Positions 38,344 to 47,742 of a stretch of 64,000 nucleotides of DNA are shown here, one piece after another; within the stretch, counting starts at the first letter, position 1, and each line of letters starts with the position of its first letter. Location: positions 16,754 to 80,753 of the forward strand of contig JAHBUX010000001.1 in assembly GCA_019637855.1 (NCBI GenBank), written 5' to 3'. The position numbers were made by a program, and so were the translations under genes. This stretch comes from Bdellovibrionales bacterium. GTDB lineage: Bacteria; Bdellovibrionota; Bdellovibrionia; Bdellovibrionales; UBA1609. Under the pieces are notes generated by a model that was not told the origin of the DNA, did no database searches, and saw nothing but the letters and a program-made list of their open reading frames with translations.

Positions 38344-41300
38344 TCTTCTTTCTTGGCGCGCCGCCAAGCCATCAAGCTATACACGCTCGGCACTACGTAA
38401 AGTGTGAGTAGTGTGGAAACGAACACGCCGCCGATGACCGCAATGGCCATCGGTTGGCGCGCTTCCGCGCCGGGTCCAAAGCTGAGCGCGGCGGGCAAAG
38501 CGCCGGCAATGGTCGCAATCGATGTCATCAAGATCGGACGCAAGCGATTGGGACAAGCCATGATCAGAGCTTCGCGTACGGGAGCTTTGTCGGTCTCTCT
38601 CACCTGATTGGTGAAATCCACCAAAAGAATCGAGTTCTTCTTCACAATTCCCATCAACAAAACAAGACCGATCATACTGAACAAGTTCAGGGACTGCCCA
38701 CCAATCAAAAGTCCTAAGAACGCTCCGGAAAAGCTGAAAGGCAAAGCCACGAAGACTACAAACGGATCGATAAAGCTATTGAATTGCGACGCCAGAACCA
38801 TGTAGGCCACGACAAATCCGAGCACCAGTGCGATCACCAGTCCCATGAACGCGCTGGTGAACTCTTCAGCCGAGCCGCTAATGCGGAATGAATAACCCTC
38901 GGGCAGAATCGACTGCGCGATCTTCTGGGCGTGGTCGATACTCTCTTGCTGACTGAGTTTCTCACCCACGTTGCCAAAAATGCTGATGGCGCGTTCGCGA
39001 TTTTTACGCGAGATCGACGAAGCGACCACCGCCTCCTTAACATCCACTACAGAGGCAAGCGCCACTAGCTCTCCGCGATTGTTGCGCACAAAGAGCTCTT
39101 TTACGCGTTCAACCGGTGAGCGCTTTTCTTCCTCCAGCTTCACCCGCACATCATAGCGATGGCCTTCGTGCTCAAAGCCGCCCGCGATGGCACCGCCGAT
39201 AGTCGCGTTGACCACGCGACCAATGGCCGTCACTTCCACCCCGCGCTCTGAAGCGCGTTGGCGATTGGGTACGATATGGACCTCAGGCGCACCGGTGAGC
39301 AAATCGCTATTCACATCGGTCATGGCTTTTTGTTTTTTGATCTCGTCCATAATCCGATTGGCGTATTCGCTCAGCTTGTCCCACTCCGGACCTTGAATCG
39401 TGAACTCCACCGGGAAACCGCTACCGCCGCCGCCACCGAAACCTTGGGTGGAGGGATCTTGCACTTGCGGCTTGGATTCAGGCAGCTTCTCATTCAAGAA
39501 TTTACGCACCACTTCGATAAACTGTTGCTGCGAAAGCTCTTTACCGGTCTCCGTATCTTTACCGCGTTGACCGCGCGGCTTCAACTCCACGAATACGATG
39601 GCCGAATTGGTCTCTCCACCCGTAAACCCGCCCGCAGCGACGAAGAACGAAGACACCTCCGAGCGACTCTTCAGATAGTCCTCTACGATCTTCGCGCGTT
39701 GATCAGTGAGCGTGATGGCCGAACCGGGAGGATTGGTCATTTGAATCATCAACATGCTCTGATCCTGAGCCGGTTGGAACTCGCCTTTGAGCAAGGCCAC
39801 CGAACTGAAACTGAGCACAAAGAAAAACAAAGAAGCGCCAACGACTTTCCAACGGTGGTTCAGCGTTCGGGTCAGGGTACGCGTGTAGAACTCTTTGAGA
39901 TGAATGAAAGCCGCCTCGAAGCGGCGACCAAAAGTGGTAGTGCGCTCAATACTACCTTTAAAAGCCGCGGCTCGCATCGGAGTCAGAGTCAAAGCCTCCA
40001 GTAACGAGATCATCACTGCGGCGCTTAGAGTGACACCGAACTGGAACAAGAAGCGACCAATGATCCCTTCCATAAAGGCGATCGGCAAGAAGATCGCGAC
40101 CAAAGAGACCGAGGCGGCCATGGCGGCAAACGAGATCTCGCGCGCGCCATCGAGTGCCGCTTGCACACGAGATTTTCCCATTTCGCGATGGCGAATGATG
40201 TTCTCTAACACCATGATCGCATCATCCACCACGATACCGATCGCTAAGCTCAAGCCAAGAAGCGTAAAGATGTTCAGAGTGAAGCCCGCGAAATACAAAA
40301 TGATAAAGCTACCGAGCACCGAGGTCGGGATCGCCAAAAGCACGTTGAATGTGGACGACCACGATCCGATAAACATCCAGCACACCAAAGAGGTGAGCAG
40401 AGCCGCTAAAATCAGCGTCAAAATCAGTTCGTGCACGGCCTCTTCGACGAACTTTGTGCCGTCGAAGTTGACGATGATCGAAGTTCCTTCGGGCATCAGC
40501 GATTGCATTTTAGCGATCTTAGCCTTCACAGCCCGCGCCACACTCACCGCATTGGCGCCACGCTGCTTAACCACGCCTAAGCCCACAGCGGGTTCACCGT
40601 TGGTGCGGGCAAACTGCAGCACATCCACAGTACCGAGTTCAGTGCGCGCCACTTTACCCAATTCCACCGGACTAAAATTGGGGCCGCCGCCCCGCGAGTT
40701 GATCAGAATGTGTGAAAAGCCGTCGACCGACTTTTCCTCACCCATGGTGCGTAAGCTGTATTCCTTATTGGCGAACTCGGCCCGGCCTGACGGCGGCTCT
40801 TTATGTTCGTTTTGGATGGCACTCATCACATCCATTACCGAGAGCGCGTAACGATTCAAAGATTTGTTATCGACCCAAACCCGCAAATTGGGCTCGAGGT
40901 ACCCCGGCATCCATAGATTGCCCACGCCGGGCACGGTGGTCAGCTGGTCACGCACGTCGTTTTTTACAAACACCATCAGATCGGGCAAGGACATCTTAGT
41001 GCTGGTCACCGAAATCCACATGATCGGAAATTCCGACATGGCGATTTTCATAATGGCGATCGGCTCCATCTCGGTCGGCAACATCTGCTGCACTTGCGTG
41101 ATCTTGGCCTGCACGTCTTGAAAGGCCGCATCGATGTTGCGACTCAGGTCGAACTCGATCGTAATTTCGGCCACACCTACGCGCGACTTCGAAATCACAT
41201 TCTTAACACCCTGAATGCTGACCAATGCATCCTCTAGGGGATCGACCACATCGGCTTCAATTACCTCGGGCGCCGCACCCTCATAGCGCGCGGTTAAAGA

Positions 41301-41435
41301 CAGCACCGGGAATTCCACATCGGGCATCTCACTGACACCCATGCGCATAAAGCTGATCGCGCCAAAAACGATCAAACCGAACATCAACATCCAAGCAAAT
41401 ACGGGACGGCGAATTGAGAGGTCGGATAAAGTCAT
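38340..41435 (-). CDS. RND efflux transporter permease (AcrB/MdtB-like)
   Basis: SIRRPV, GIVVDDAIMVLENI, GIVKKNSILLVDF, RLRPILMT. Confidence 0.95.
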   Translation of the reverse strand: MTLSDLSIRRPVFAWMLMFGLIVFGAISFMRMGVSEMPDVEFPVLSLTARYEGAAPEVIEADVVDPLEDALVSIQGVKNVISKSRVGVAEITIEFDLSRNIDAAFQDVQAKITQVQQMLPTEMEPIAIMKIAMSEFPIMWISVTSTKMSLPDLMVFVKNDVRDQLTTVPGVGNLWMPGYLEPNLRVWVDNKSLNRYALSVMDVMSAIQNEHKEPPSGRAEFANKEYSLRTMGEEKSVDGFSHILINSRGGGPNFSPVELGKVARTELGTVDVLQFARTNGEPAVGLGVVKQRGANAVSVARAVKAKIAKMQSLMPEGTSIIVNFDGTKFVEEAVHELILTLILAALLTSLVCWMFIGSWSSTFNVLLAIPTSVLGSFIILYFAGFTLNIFTLLGLSLAIGIVVDDAIMVLENIIRHREMGKSRVQAALDGAREISFAAMAASVSLVAIFLPIAFMEGIIGRFLFQFGVTLSAAVMISLLEALTLTPMRAAAFKGSIERTTTFGRRFEAAFIHLKEFYTRTLTRTLNHRWKVVGASLFFFVLSFSSVALLKGEFQPAQDQSMLMIQMTNPPGSAITLTDQRAKIVEDYLKSRSEVSSFFVAAGGFTGGETNSAIVFVELKPRGQRGKDTETGKELSQQQFIEVVRKFLNEKLPESKPQVQDPSTQGFGGGGGSGFPVEFTIQGPEWDKLSEYANRIMDEIKKQKAMTDVNSDLLTGAPEVHIVPNRQRASERGVEVTAIGRVVNATIGGAIAGGFEHEGHRYDVRVKLEEEKRSPVERVKELFVRNNRGELVALASVVDVKEAVVASSISRKNRERAISIFGNVGEKLSQQESIDHAQKIAQSILPEGYSFRISGSAEEFTSAFMGLVIALVLGFVVAYMVLASQFNSFIDPFVVFVALPFSFSGAFLGLLIGGQSLNLFSMIGLVLLMGIVKKNSILLVDFTNQVRETDKAPVREALIMACPNRLRPILMTSIATIAGALPAALSFGPGAEARQPMAIAVIGGVFVSTLLTLYVVPSVYSLMAWRRAKKED

Positions 41436-41437
41436 GG

Positions 41438-42694
41438 TTAGTTTTCCTTACGTATGGCCGCGGGCAAGAAAGATGAGGCTAGGTCAAGGCGAATCAAATC
41501 CAAGCGCGCCTGATAGCGAGCTTGATCATAGGTGCGACGCGACTGTTGGAATTCGGTGAGACCGAGCTGCACTTCGATATTGCGGGTCAGCCCACGGCGA
41601 TACTCCCGCTGCAAAACTTGATAATTCTTCTCGGCCAGATCGGAGGCCCGTCTGCGCGCAGCCAGCTGAGCCACCCGCAGATTCAAACTCTGATGCAAAG
41701 TGCGGATCTCCGCACTGGCGGCGCGCTTGAGGCGAGCCAGCTCCAGTTCGGCTTCACGCAGTCGCGAGACGGCGGCCCGAGTTTCCGATGTGCGCAGACC
41801 GCCTTCAAAAATCGGCAGCTCCAACTTAAGCTGCACATCCCAGTTGATCTCGCTCAAAAATCCAGGGCGCGCCAGATAGTAATTGCCCGTCAAGTCCGCA
41901 GTGGGCCAATGGGCTCCTCGTGCAATGGACACTTCGGCTTGAGCGGCTCGTACGCGATCCTCGGCACCGCGAATATCCGGGCGATCATTCACTCGCGCCA
42001 AATAGTCGTCTAGACCTTTGAGCCGCGGAGCCTCCCCGTCTTTAGCTTCTTCTTCCAAAGAGGCATTGGCCGGCTGCCCCGTCACGAAAGCGAAGTTCTC
42101 GCGCGCCGTCTTAAGCGCGTCTTCCAAAACCACAATATCGGCATCTACAGAGGCCTCTTGTGACTGCGCCGTCAAGGCTTCGGTCTGCTGCGATTGCCCG
42201 GTACGCGTGCGCTGCAAGAGCTCTTTCACTCTCTGAGCGTAGAGAACTTTTTGCTCTTTTAGATTCTTCAGATCCTGCTCTTTAGCCAAGACCTCCAAGT
42301 AAGACGTGGCCACAGATCTATAGAGCTCCGTGAGCACATTCAATCGACGCTGCTCTTCTGAACTCAAATTGTAGCGGCGCTGACGACGGCCGGCGAATTC
42401 ACGCAAACCGCGAAACAGAGGCTGGGTCAGCGTCAGATAGGTCGTCGTCTGACTCTCTGGCGTGAATTCGCGCGCCAGAGGATTGGTGGGCAGCTCTTGC
42501 ACTTGATAGATCGTGGCAAATTTCAAAGTCGGAAAGATGGCACTAGTGGCCTGTGTCAGCAGCTCTTCCGCCTGCTTCACATCTTCGCGGCTTTGGCCCA
42601 CCAGTTCATTCTTTTGCAGCGCCGATTGAAAGGCTTCATTGAGCGTCAAGGCCGAAGCACTCGACAGAGAAAGCGAAAGGAGTAAGGAAATCAC
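41438..42694 (-). CDS. TolC family outer-membrane efflux protein
   Basis: Signal peptide; LTQPLFRG, RPDI, LPIFEGG repeats. Confidence 0.9.
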   Translation of the reverse strand: MISLLLSLSLSSASALTLNEAFQSALQKNELVGQSREDVKQAEELLTQATSAIFPTLKFATIYQVQELPTNPLAREFTPESQTTTYLTLTQPLFRGLREFAGRRQRRYNLSSEEQRRLNVLTELYRSVATSYLEVLAKEQDLKNLKEQKVLYAQRVKELLQRTRTGQSQQTEALTAQSQEASVDADIVVLEDALKTARENFAFVTGQPANASLEEEAKDGEAPRLKGLDDYLARVNDRPDIRGAEDRVRAAQAEVSIARGAHWPTADLTGNYYLARPGFLSEINWDVQLKLELPIFEGGLRTSETRAAVSRLREAELELARLKRAASAEIRTLHQSLNLRVAQLAARRRASDLAEKNYQVLQREYRRGLTRNIEVQLGLTEFQQSRRTYDQARYQARLDLIRLDLASSFLPAAIRKEN

Positions 42695-42783
42695 GATGTC
42701 GCTCCTGGATGATATGCGTTCAATTATCTTAATGAATCCAGCAGCGGGTACACAACTTCAGAATTGTTATGATCTTCGGGACT

Positions 42784-43290
42784 TTAGTTTGGTGCCGAAA
42801 TGAATTTGCGTGCGAGTGTAGCCTCATCGACACGCGCGGGAATCGCACTGCCATGCCATTTCGAGGACTGCCAACCGCCGTTGCGCACCTTTTCGGAAGA
42901 AAGATCCACATCAATCAGAGCGTTAAAGCCGGCCTGCGCGGCCATAAACGCTAGACGCATCACGGTCTCGTCTTTATCTAAACAATCTCTGACTTGAATT
43001 GGCTTTTCCGTACGACGGATAAAACGCGTTTCTTTCCCCTGAGTGCGAAAGAAAACGTTCACATCTTTGGCCAGCTCAAGTGTTTGATTATAAGCCTCAA
43101 GCACGGGTACCACTTGCGCTTCGAAGCACGGCGAGCAGTAGGCGTCATGACCAAGCTCAGCGGGTACCGTTTTCAAAAAACTCACGCTATCGGCGTCCAA
43201 AAACTGCGCACAGCCCTTACACAAAGAGCATTCGCATAAACCACATTTCAAGGCGGCTTTAGGACTCGCGCAGGTCATACAAACAGACAT
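42784..43290 (-). CDS. Cys-rich Zn-finger hypothetical protein with heavy-metal-binding-like C-terminus
   Basis: CxxC, CxxC, CxxC...CxxC; RLAFMAAQAGFNALIDV. Confidence 0.7.
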   Translation of the reverse strand: MSVCMTCASPKAALKCGLCECSLCKGCAQFLDADSVSFLKTVPAELGHDAYCSPCFEAQVVPVLEAYNQTLELAKDVNVFFRTQGKETRFIRRTEKPIQVRDCLDKDETVMRLAFMAAQAGFNALIDVDLSSEKVRNGGWQSSKWHGSAIPARVDEATLARKFISAPN

Positions 43291-43411
43291 GCCGAGGGTG
43301 ATAACACATCTCGGCAATAAGGTCTCGGAATTTGCCTCTCCGCTGAAAATCCTCCCCCAGGAGCAATTGGTTCGTTTTAAGACGTCTTTTCATCTATTTT
43401 TAGCGGCCACA

Positions 43412-43446
43412 TTGACTTTCTTTTAAATGTAACTAACATTGTTACT
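43412..43446 (+). promoter_or_regulatory. Sigma-70 promoter overlapped by Rrf2 operator
   Basis: TTGACT (43412) -16 bp- TAACAT (43434); inverted repeat GTAAC-N7-GTTAC at 43429-43445. Confidence 0.7.
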
Positions 43447-43448
43447 AT

Positions 43449-43889
43449 ATGGCTAATAGCCGCTTCGCGATGGCGACTCATATTATGACGGCCGTGGCAC
43501 TGCACGGGGACGATGACCTGATGAACTCAGGTGAGCTGGCCGATTCGTTGAACACTAATCCTGTGGTGGTTCGACGCATATTGAGTGACTTACAGAAGGC
43601 GGGCTTGATCCAGACACAGGCCGGGCGTTCCGGTGGTGCGTGGTTAGCCAGAAAGCCAGAGGCGATCAATCTGCATGAGATTTTCGCCGCTGTCGATGAT
43701 GGGGAGCTGTTCGCCTACAATCCGAACGACCCCAACAAAACATGTTCACTGAGCTGCGAAATCAAGTCCGTGCTGGAGCCCGTTTTTAAGGCCGCCAGTT
43801 CAGCCTTGGCTGAGAGCTTGATGAGCGTACGGCTCTCGCAACTGACAGAAGTTCTGTCTAAAAAGTGCGCCGGTAAAAAGAAGAAATAA
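43449..43889 (+). CDS. Rrf2 family transcriptional regulator (HypR/SaiR/YwnA-like)
   Basis: SRFAMATHIM, SLNTNPVVVRR, GRSGGAWLAR, C-x3-C. Confidence 0.92.
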   Translation: MANSRFAMATHIMTAVALHGDDDLMNSGELADSLNTNPVVVRRILSDLQKAGLIQTQAGRSGGAWLARKPEAINLHEIFAAVDDGELFAYNPNDPNKTCSLSCEIKSVLEPVFKAASSALAESLMSVRLSQLTEVLSKKCAGKKKK

Positions 43890-43900
43890 AGGCTTTGAAT

Positions 43901-43927
43901 AGCCGCGGCCAATACCCGCGGTTTTTT
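43901..43927 (+). terminator. Probable intrinsic terminator after the Rrf2 gene
   Basis: AGCCGCGG-ccaatac-CCGCGGTT followed by a T run. Confidence 0.55.
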
Positions 43928-43938
43928 AGGAACTAAAC

Positions 43939-43957
43939 TGTAACTATGTTGGTATCT
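43939..43957 (+). promoter_or_regulatory. Second Rrf2 operator-like site upstream of doxX
   Basis: TGTAACTATGTTGGTATCT has the same TGTAACTA left half and N7 spacing; the right half is imperfect. Confidence 0.55.
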
Positions 43958-43977
43958 AAATACCAGGAGGACCTCAG

Positions 43978-44394
43978 ATGAACGCAAAAATTACGACCGG
44001 CGCGAGATGGGCATTGGGTGGTATATACCTGATCTTCGGATTGAATGGCTTCTTACACTTCCTTCCTCAACCGCCACTTCCTGAAACCGCTTTGGGTTAT
44101 CTGGGTGGCCTCGCCTCGGCACCTTACTTTTTCCCCGTCTTAAAGGGCACGGAAGTGATTGCAAGCTTACTGTTGCTCAGCGGATTGGCGGCTCCCCTAG
44201 CGTTGGTGATTTTGGCGCCGATCACGATTCAGATATTCCTATTTCACTTCTTCCTCACGCCCGGTTTGCAGAACTCACTTCTGCCGCTGGCGATGATCGC
44301 TCTGCACCTGACCTCGGCTCTCGCCTACTGGTCGCTGTATCAGCCCTTGTTTACAAAAGACAACGCCCTTCAATCGGTCCGTCGGGCCGCCTAA
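43978..44394 (+). CDS. DoxX family membrane protein
   Basis: R..LG.I...FGLNGF, LAPITIQIFLFH; AGGAGG RBS. Confidence 0.85.
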   Translation: MNAKITTGARWALGGIYLIFGLNGFLHFLPQPPLPETALGYLGGLASAPYFFPVLKGTEVIASLLLLSGLAAPLALVILAPITIQIFLFHFFLTPGLQNSLLPLAMIALHLTSALAYWSLYQPLFTKDNALQSVRRAA

Positions 44395-44412
44395 CCACAT
44401 AGGAGAACAACG

Positions 44413-45483
44413 ATGACACTCTTCAAACCCGCGACTCTAGGTTCGCTTCAGCTCAGAAACCGCGTGGTGATGGCGCCGATGACAAGATCGCGCGCCATCA
44501 ACAACCTACCCAATGATATGATGGCGCAATATTACGCCAGCCGGGCCAGCGCAGGCTTGCTGATCACCGAGGGCACTTCGCCCTCGCCCAATGGCCTCGG
44601 TTACGCTCGCATACCGGGCTTGTTTAACGACGCGCAAGCGCAAGCATGGAAACTGGTCACCGATGCGGTTCATCAAGGGGGCGGCCGTATTTTTGTGCAG
44701 CTGATGCACACCGGCCGTGTCTCGCATCCAGCCAACATGCCTCCTGGCAGCAAAATCTTAGCGCCGGCGTCGGTTCCCCTTGAAGGTAAGATGTGGACCG
44801 ACCTTGAGGGCATGCAACCCTATCCTCTGGCGCACGCCATGACGGAAAAAGAAGTGCGTGGCACCATCGCTGAATTTATTCATTCGGCCGAACTCGCCGT
44901 TCGCGCCGGCTTTGACGGCGTCGAACTGCACGCGGCCAACGGGTATCTGCTGGAACAGTTCCTAAATCCCATCACCAACCAACGCACCGATGACTGGGGC
45001 GGCGCGGACGAGAACCGCATGCGTTTCGTGCTCGAAGTGGCCAAAGGTGTCGCCGCCAAGATCGGCGCCAGCCGGGTCGGCATTCGTGTATCACCTTATG
45101 GAAACGCGCAAGGTCTGGGGGCCTTTGAGGGCATCGACGAATTCTATGGAGAGTTGGCGCGACGGCTTTCGGCCATGGGTTTGGCCTACATTCATGTCGT
45201 CGATCATAGCGGTATGGGTGCACCCGCGGTGAGCGCTGAAGTGAAGCGCGCCATCCGCGCAGGCTTTCAAGGTGCGTACATTTTGTCGGGAAACTACAGC
45301 AGCGAAACTGCCGAACAAGATTTAGCGGCGGGCTTAGGCGATATGGTTGCCTTTGGCCGTCCATTTATAGCGAATCCAGATCTCGTGCGACGTATGCGCG
45401 AGCAAATTCCATTGGCCGTGCCTGATCAGACCAAGCTCTACACTCCCGGCCCCGAGGGTTACATCGACTACAAGGGTGCCTGA
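44413..45483 (+). CDS. nemA: Old yellow enzyme / alkene reductase (NemA-like)
   Basis: RVVMAPMTRSRA, QLMHTGR, GFDGVELHAANGYL, FGRPFIANPDL. Confidence 0.92.
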   Translation: MTLFKPATLGSLQLRNRVVMAPMTRSRAINNLPNDMMAQYYASRASAGLLITEGTSPSPNGLGYARIPGLFNDAQAQAWKLVTDAVHQGGGRIFVQLMHTGRVSHPANMPPGSKILAPASVPLEGKMWTDLEGMQPYPLAHAMTEKEVRGTIAEFIHSAELAVRAGFDGVELHAANGYLLEQFLNPITNQRTDDWGGADENRMRFVLEVAKGVAAKIGASRVGIRVSPYGNAQGLGAFEGIDEFYGELARRLSAMGLAYIHVVDHSGMGAPAVSAEVKRAIRAGFQGAYILSGNYSSETAEQDLAAGLGDMVAFGRPFIANPDLVRRMREQIPLAVPDQTKLYTPGPEGYIDYKGA

Positions 45484-45495
45484 TCCTTCCCAACT

Positions 45496-45528
45496 AAAGC
45501 CGGCGCGGTTGAGCTGTGCCGGCTTTTT
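45496..45528. terminator. Intrinsic terminator (bidirectional) after the OYE gene
   Basis: AAAGCCGGCGCGG-ttga-GCTGTGCCGGCTTTTT. Confidence 0.75.
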
Positions 45529-45530
45529 CC

Positions 45531-45971
45531 TTAACGGGTGCGCAGAGCCGCGCCAAGACCATCCAAGATCCCATCCCAACCTTCTTCCACCCGGTCCTTG
45601 AGATCGGCGTAGTCGGCGCTGATTTCGTGAGTCAACACGACCTCACAACCCTTGGGCAGCTCTTTAATATCAATCGTCACCAGATCGCCCTCTTTGGCGT
45701 TCTTCTGCACGGCGAATTCAAACGCCAGGTGTTTGGGAGCATCGATCTTCAAATATTTCCCGTAGTGTTCCGCATCGCCACCGGGGCGGCGATCGATAAA
45801 GGTAAATGCACCGCCTTCGCGCGCATCGATCTCGGCCTTGATCATTTTTCCGGTCATCGTTGCAAACATAAACGTCTTGGCCTTCTCCGGATCCAAGAGA
45901 GCTTGGAACACCCGACCTGGCGTAGCGTTGTAACGATGGCTGACTTTAACTTTGATTTTAGGCTCACTCAT
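45531..45971 (-). CDS. SRPBCC/AHSA1 domain protein
   Basis: RVFQALLDPE, DAREGG.F, LTHE, GWDGILDGL. Confidence 0.85.
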   Translation of the reverse strand: MSEPKIKVKVSHRYNATPGRVFQALLDPEKAKTFMFATMTGKMIKAEIDAREGGAFTFIDRRPGGDAEHYGKYLKIDAPKHLAFEFAVQKNAKEGDLVTIDIKELPKGCEVVLTHEISADYADLKDRVEEGWDGILDGLGAALRTR

Positions 45972-46057
45972 AATCAGGTAGCCTACTACAGGGGCATTTC
46001 GAGTTCAAAGATGAATCTGAGTGACTTTGCACAAGCTCGAGCGCTTAATAAAGCCAC

Positions 46058-46984
46058 ATGAATTCGGTTATCTCCGTCAGTAATCTCAGTAAAACTTACG
46101 CCTCTGGATTTCACGCCCTGAAGAAGGTGAATCTGGCCATCCGTAAAGGCGAAATTTTCGCTCTGCTTGGACCCAATGGCGCGGGCAAAACCACGCTCAT
46201 CAACGTGATCTGCGGCATCGTCAATCCCAGTTCAGGTCAGGTCAGTGCGGACAGTCACGACATCCTACGCGACTACCGCGCCGCTCGACAAAAAATCGGC
46301 CTGGTTCCGCAAGAACTCGCAACGGATATGTTCGAGCGCGTGTGGGACACGGTGCGCTTTAGTCGTGGGCTGTTTGGTAAAGCTCCCGACGATGCGTACT
46401 GCGAAGAGGTTCTGAAGGAGCTGTCGCTTTGGGATAAGCGCGACAATAAGATCATGGCTTTGTCGGGCGGTATGAAACGCCGGGTGATGATCGCCAAGGC
46501 GCTTTCGCATGAACCTGAAATCCTGTTTTTGGATGAACCGACGGCCGGTGTGGACGTGGAACTCAGACGCGACATGTGGGAGATGGTGCGACGCCTGCGC
46601 CAACGTGGGGTCACCATCATTCTGACCACCCACTACATCGAAGAAGCCGAAGAGATGGCTGATCGCATCGGCGTGATCAGCGGCGGTGAAATCATCCTGG
46701 TCGAAGAAAAGCAGACCTTGATGAAAAAGCTGGGGAAAAAGCAACTGCTGCTTCAGCTACAAACACCGCTTGAGGCGATCCCTGCTGATTTGAGATCGGC
46801 GCAGCTAGAGCTTTCCGATGATCGCTTACAGATGATCTACACCTTTGATTCTCAGGCGGAACAGACTGGCATCGCTGCGCTCTTGAAACGCCTGGGCGAA
46901 CATGGCATCGACTTTAAAGATCTGAAGACCACCGAAAGCTCACTTGAGGATATCTTCGTGAAACTGGTGGGAGGAAGGCGATGA
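46058..46984 (+). CDS. ABC transporter ATP-binding protein (YadG-like)
   Basis: [30 protein letters not shown]. Confidence 0.93.
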   Translation: MNSVISVSNLSKTYASGFHALKKVNLAIRKGEIFALLGPNGAGKTTLINVICGIVNPSSGQVSADSHDILRDYRAARQKIGLVPQELATDMFERVWDTVRFSRGLFGKAPDDAYCEEVLKELSLWDKRDNKIMALSGGMKRRVMIAKALSHEPEILFLDEPTAGVDVELRRDMWEMVRRLRQRGVTIILTTHYIEEAEEMADRIGVISGGEIILVEEKQTLMKKLGKKQLLLQLQTPLEAIPADLRSAQLELSDDRLQMIYTFDSQAEQTGIAALLKRLGEHGIDFKDLKTTESSLEDIFVKLVGGRR

Positions 46985-47742
46985 ACTTTTACGCCATTAA
47001 AGCCATCTACCGTTTTGAGTTGGCGCGCTTCTTTCGCACTTTGTTTCAAAGCATCGCCTCACCGGTGATTTCAACATCGCTGTATTTTATCGTGTTTGGT
47101 TCGGCCATCGGCTCGCGCATGGAACAAATCGATGGCGTCACTTATGGTGCCTTTATCGTTCCAGGCTTGATTATGCTCTCCGTTTTGACCGAGAGCATAT
47201 CGAACGCCTCCTTCGGCATTTACATGCCCAAGTATTCCGGGACGATTTACGAAATTCTCTCGGCCCCGATTTCCGCCCTGGAGATCGTGATTGGCTTCGT
47301 GGGGGCAGCGGCTACCAAATCCGTTATCCTTGGCGCCATCATTTTGGCCACGGCCCGAGCCTTCGTGGATTACAACATCGCTCATCCTCTGTGGATGTTG
47401 GCGTTTTTGATTCTCACCTCGGTCACTTTCAGTCTGTTCGGCTTTATCATCGGCCTATGGGCCGATGGTTTTGAAAAACTGCAAGTGGTGCCCTTGATGA
47501 TTATGACGCCACTGACTTTCTTAGGCGGCAGTTTCTATTCGATCAATATGCTGCCGCCTTTCTGGCAGAAACTTTCGCTCTTCAATCCGGTGGTTTATCT
47601 GATCAGTGGTTTTCGCTGGAGTTTTTATGCCGTATCCGACGTCAGTGTCGGAGCCAGTCTCGGCATGACCATGGCGTTTTTGCTGATCTGTCTGGCCATC
47701 GTGTGGTGGATCTTTAAAACTGGATACCGTGTTAAGGTCTAA
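46981..47742 (+). CDS. ABC-2 transporter permease (YadH-like)
   Basis: [37 protein letters not shown]; overlaps the ATPase stop. Confidence 0.92.
   Translation: MNFYAIKAIYRFELARFFRTLFQSIASPVISTSLYFIVFGSAIGSRMEQIDGVTYGAFIVPGLIMLSVLTESISNASFGIYMPKYSGTIYEILSAPISALEIVIGFVGAAATKSVILGAIILATARAFVDYNIAHPLWMLAFLILTSVTFSLFGFIIGLWADGFEKLQVVPLMIMTPLTFLGGSFYSINMLPPFWQKLSLFNPVVYLISGFRWSFYAVSDVSVGASLGMTMAFLLICLAIVWWIFKTGYRVKV

Noticed and set aside
39904-40851. 315-aa plus-strand ORF inside the RND gene, and similar long antisense ORFs (10387-11058, 26020-26640, 39258-40004, 52804-53409)
   Set aside because: They are shadow frames antisense to well-supported genes and have no recognisable motifs.
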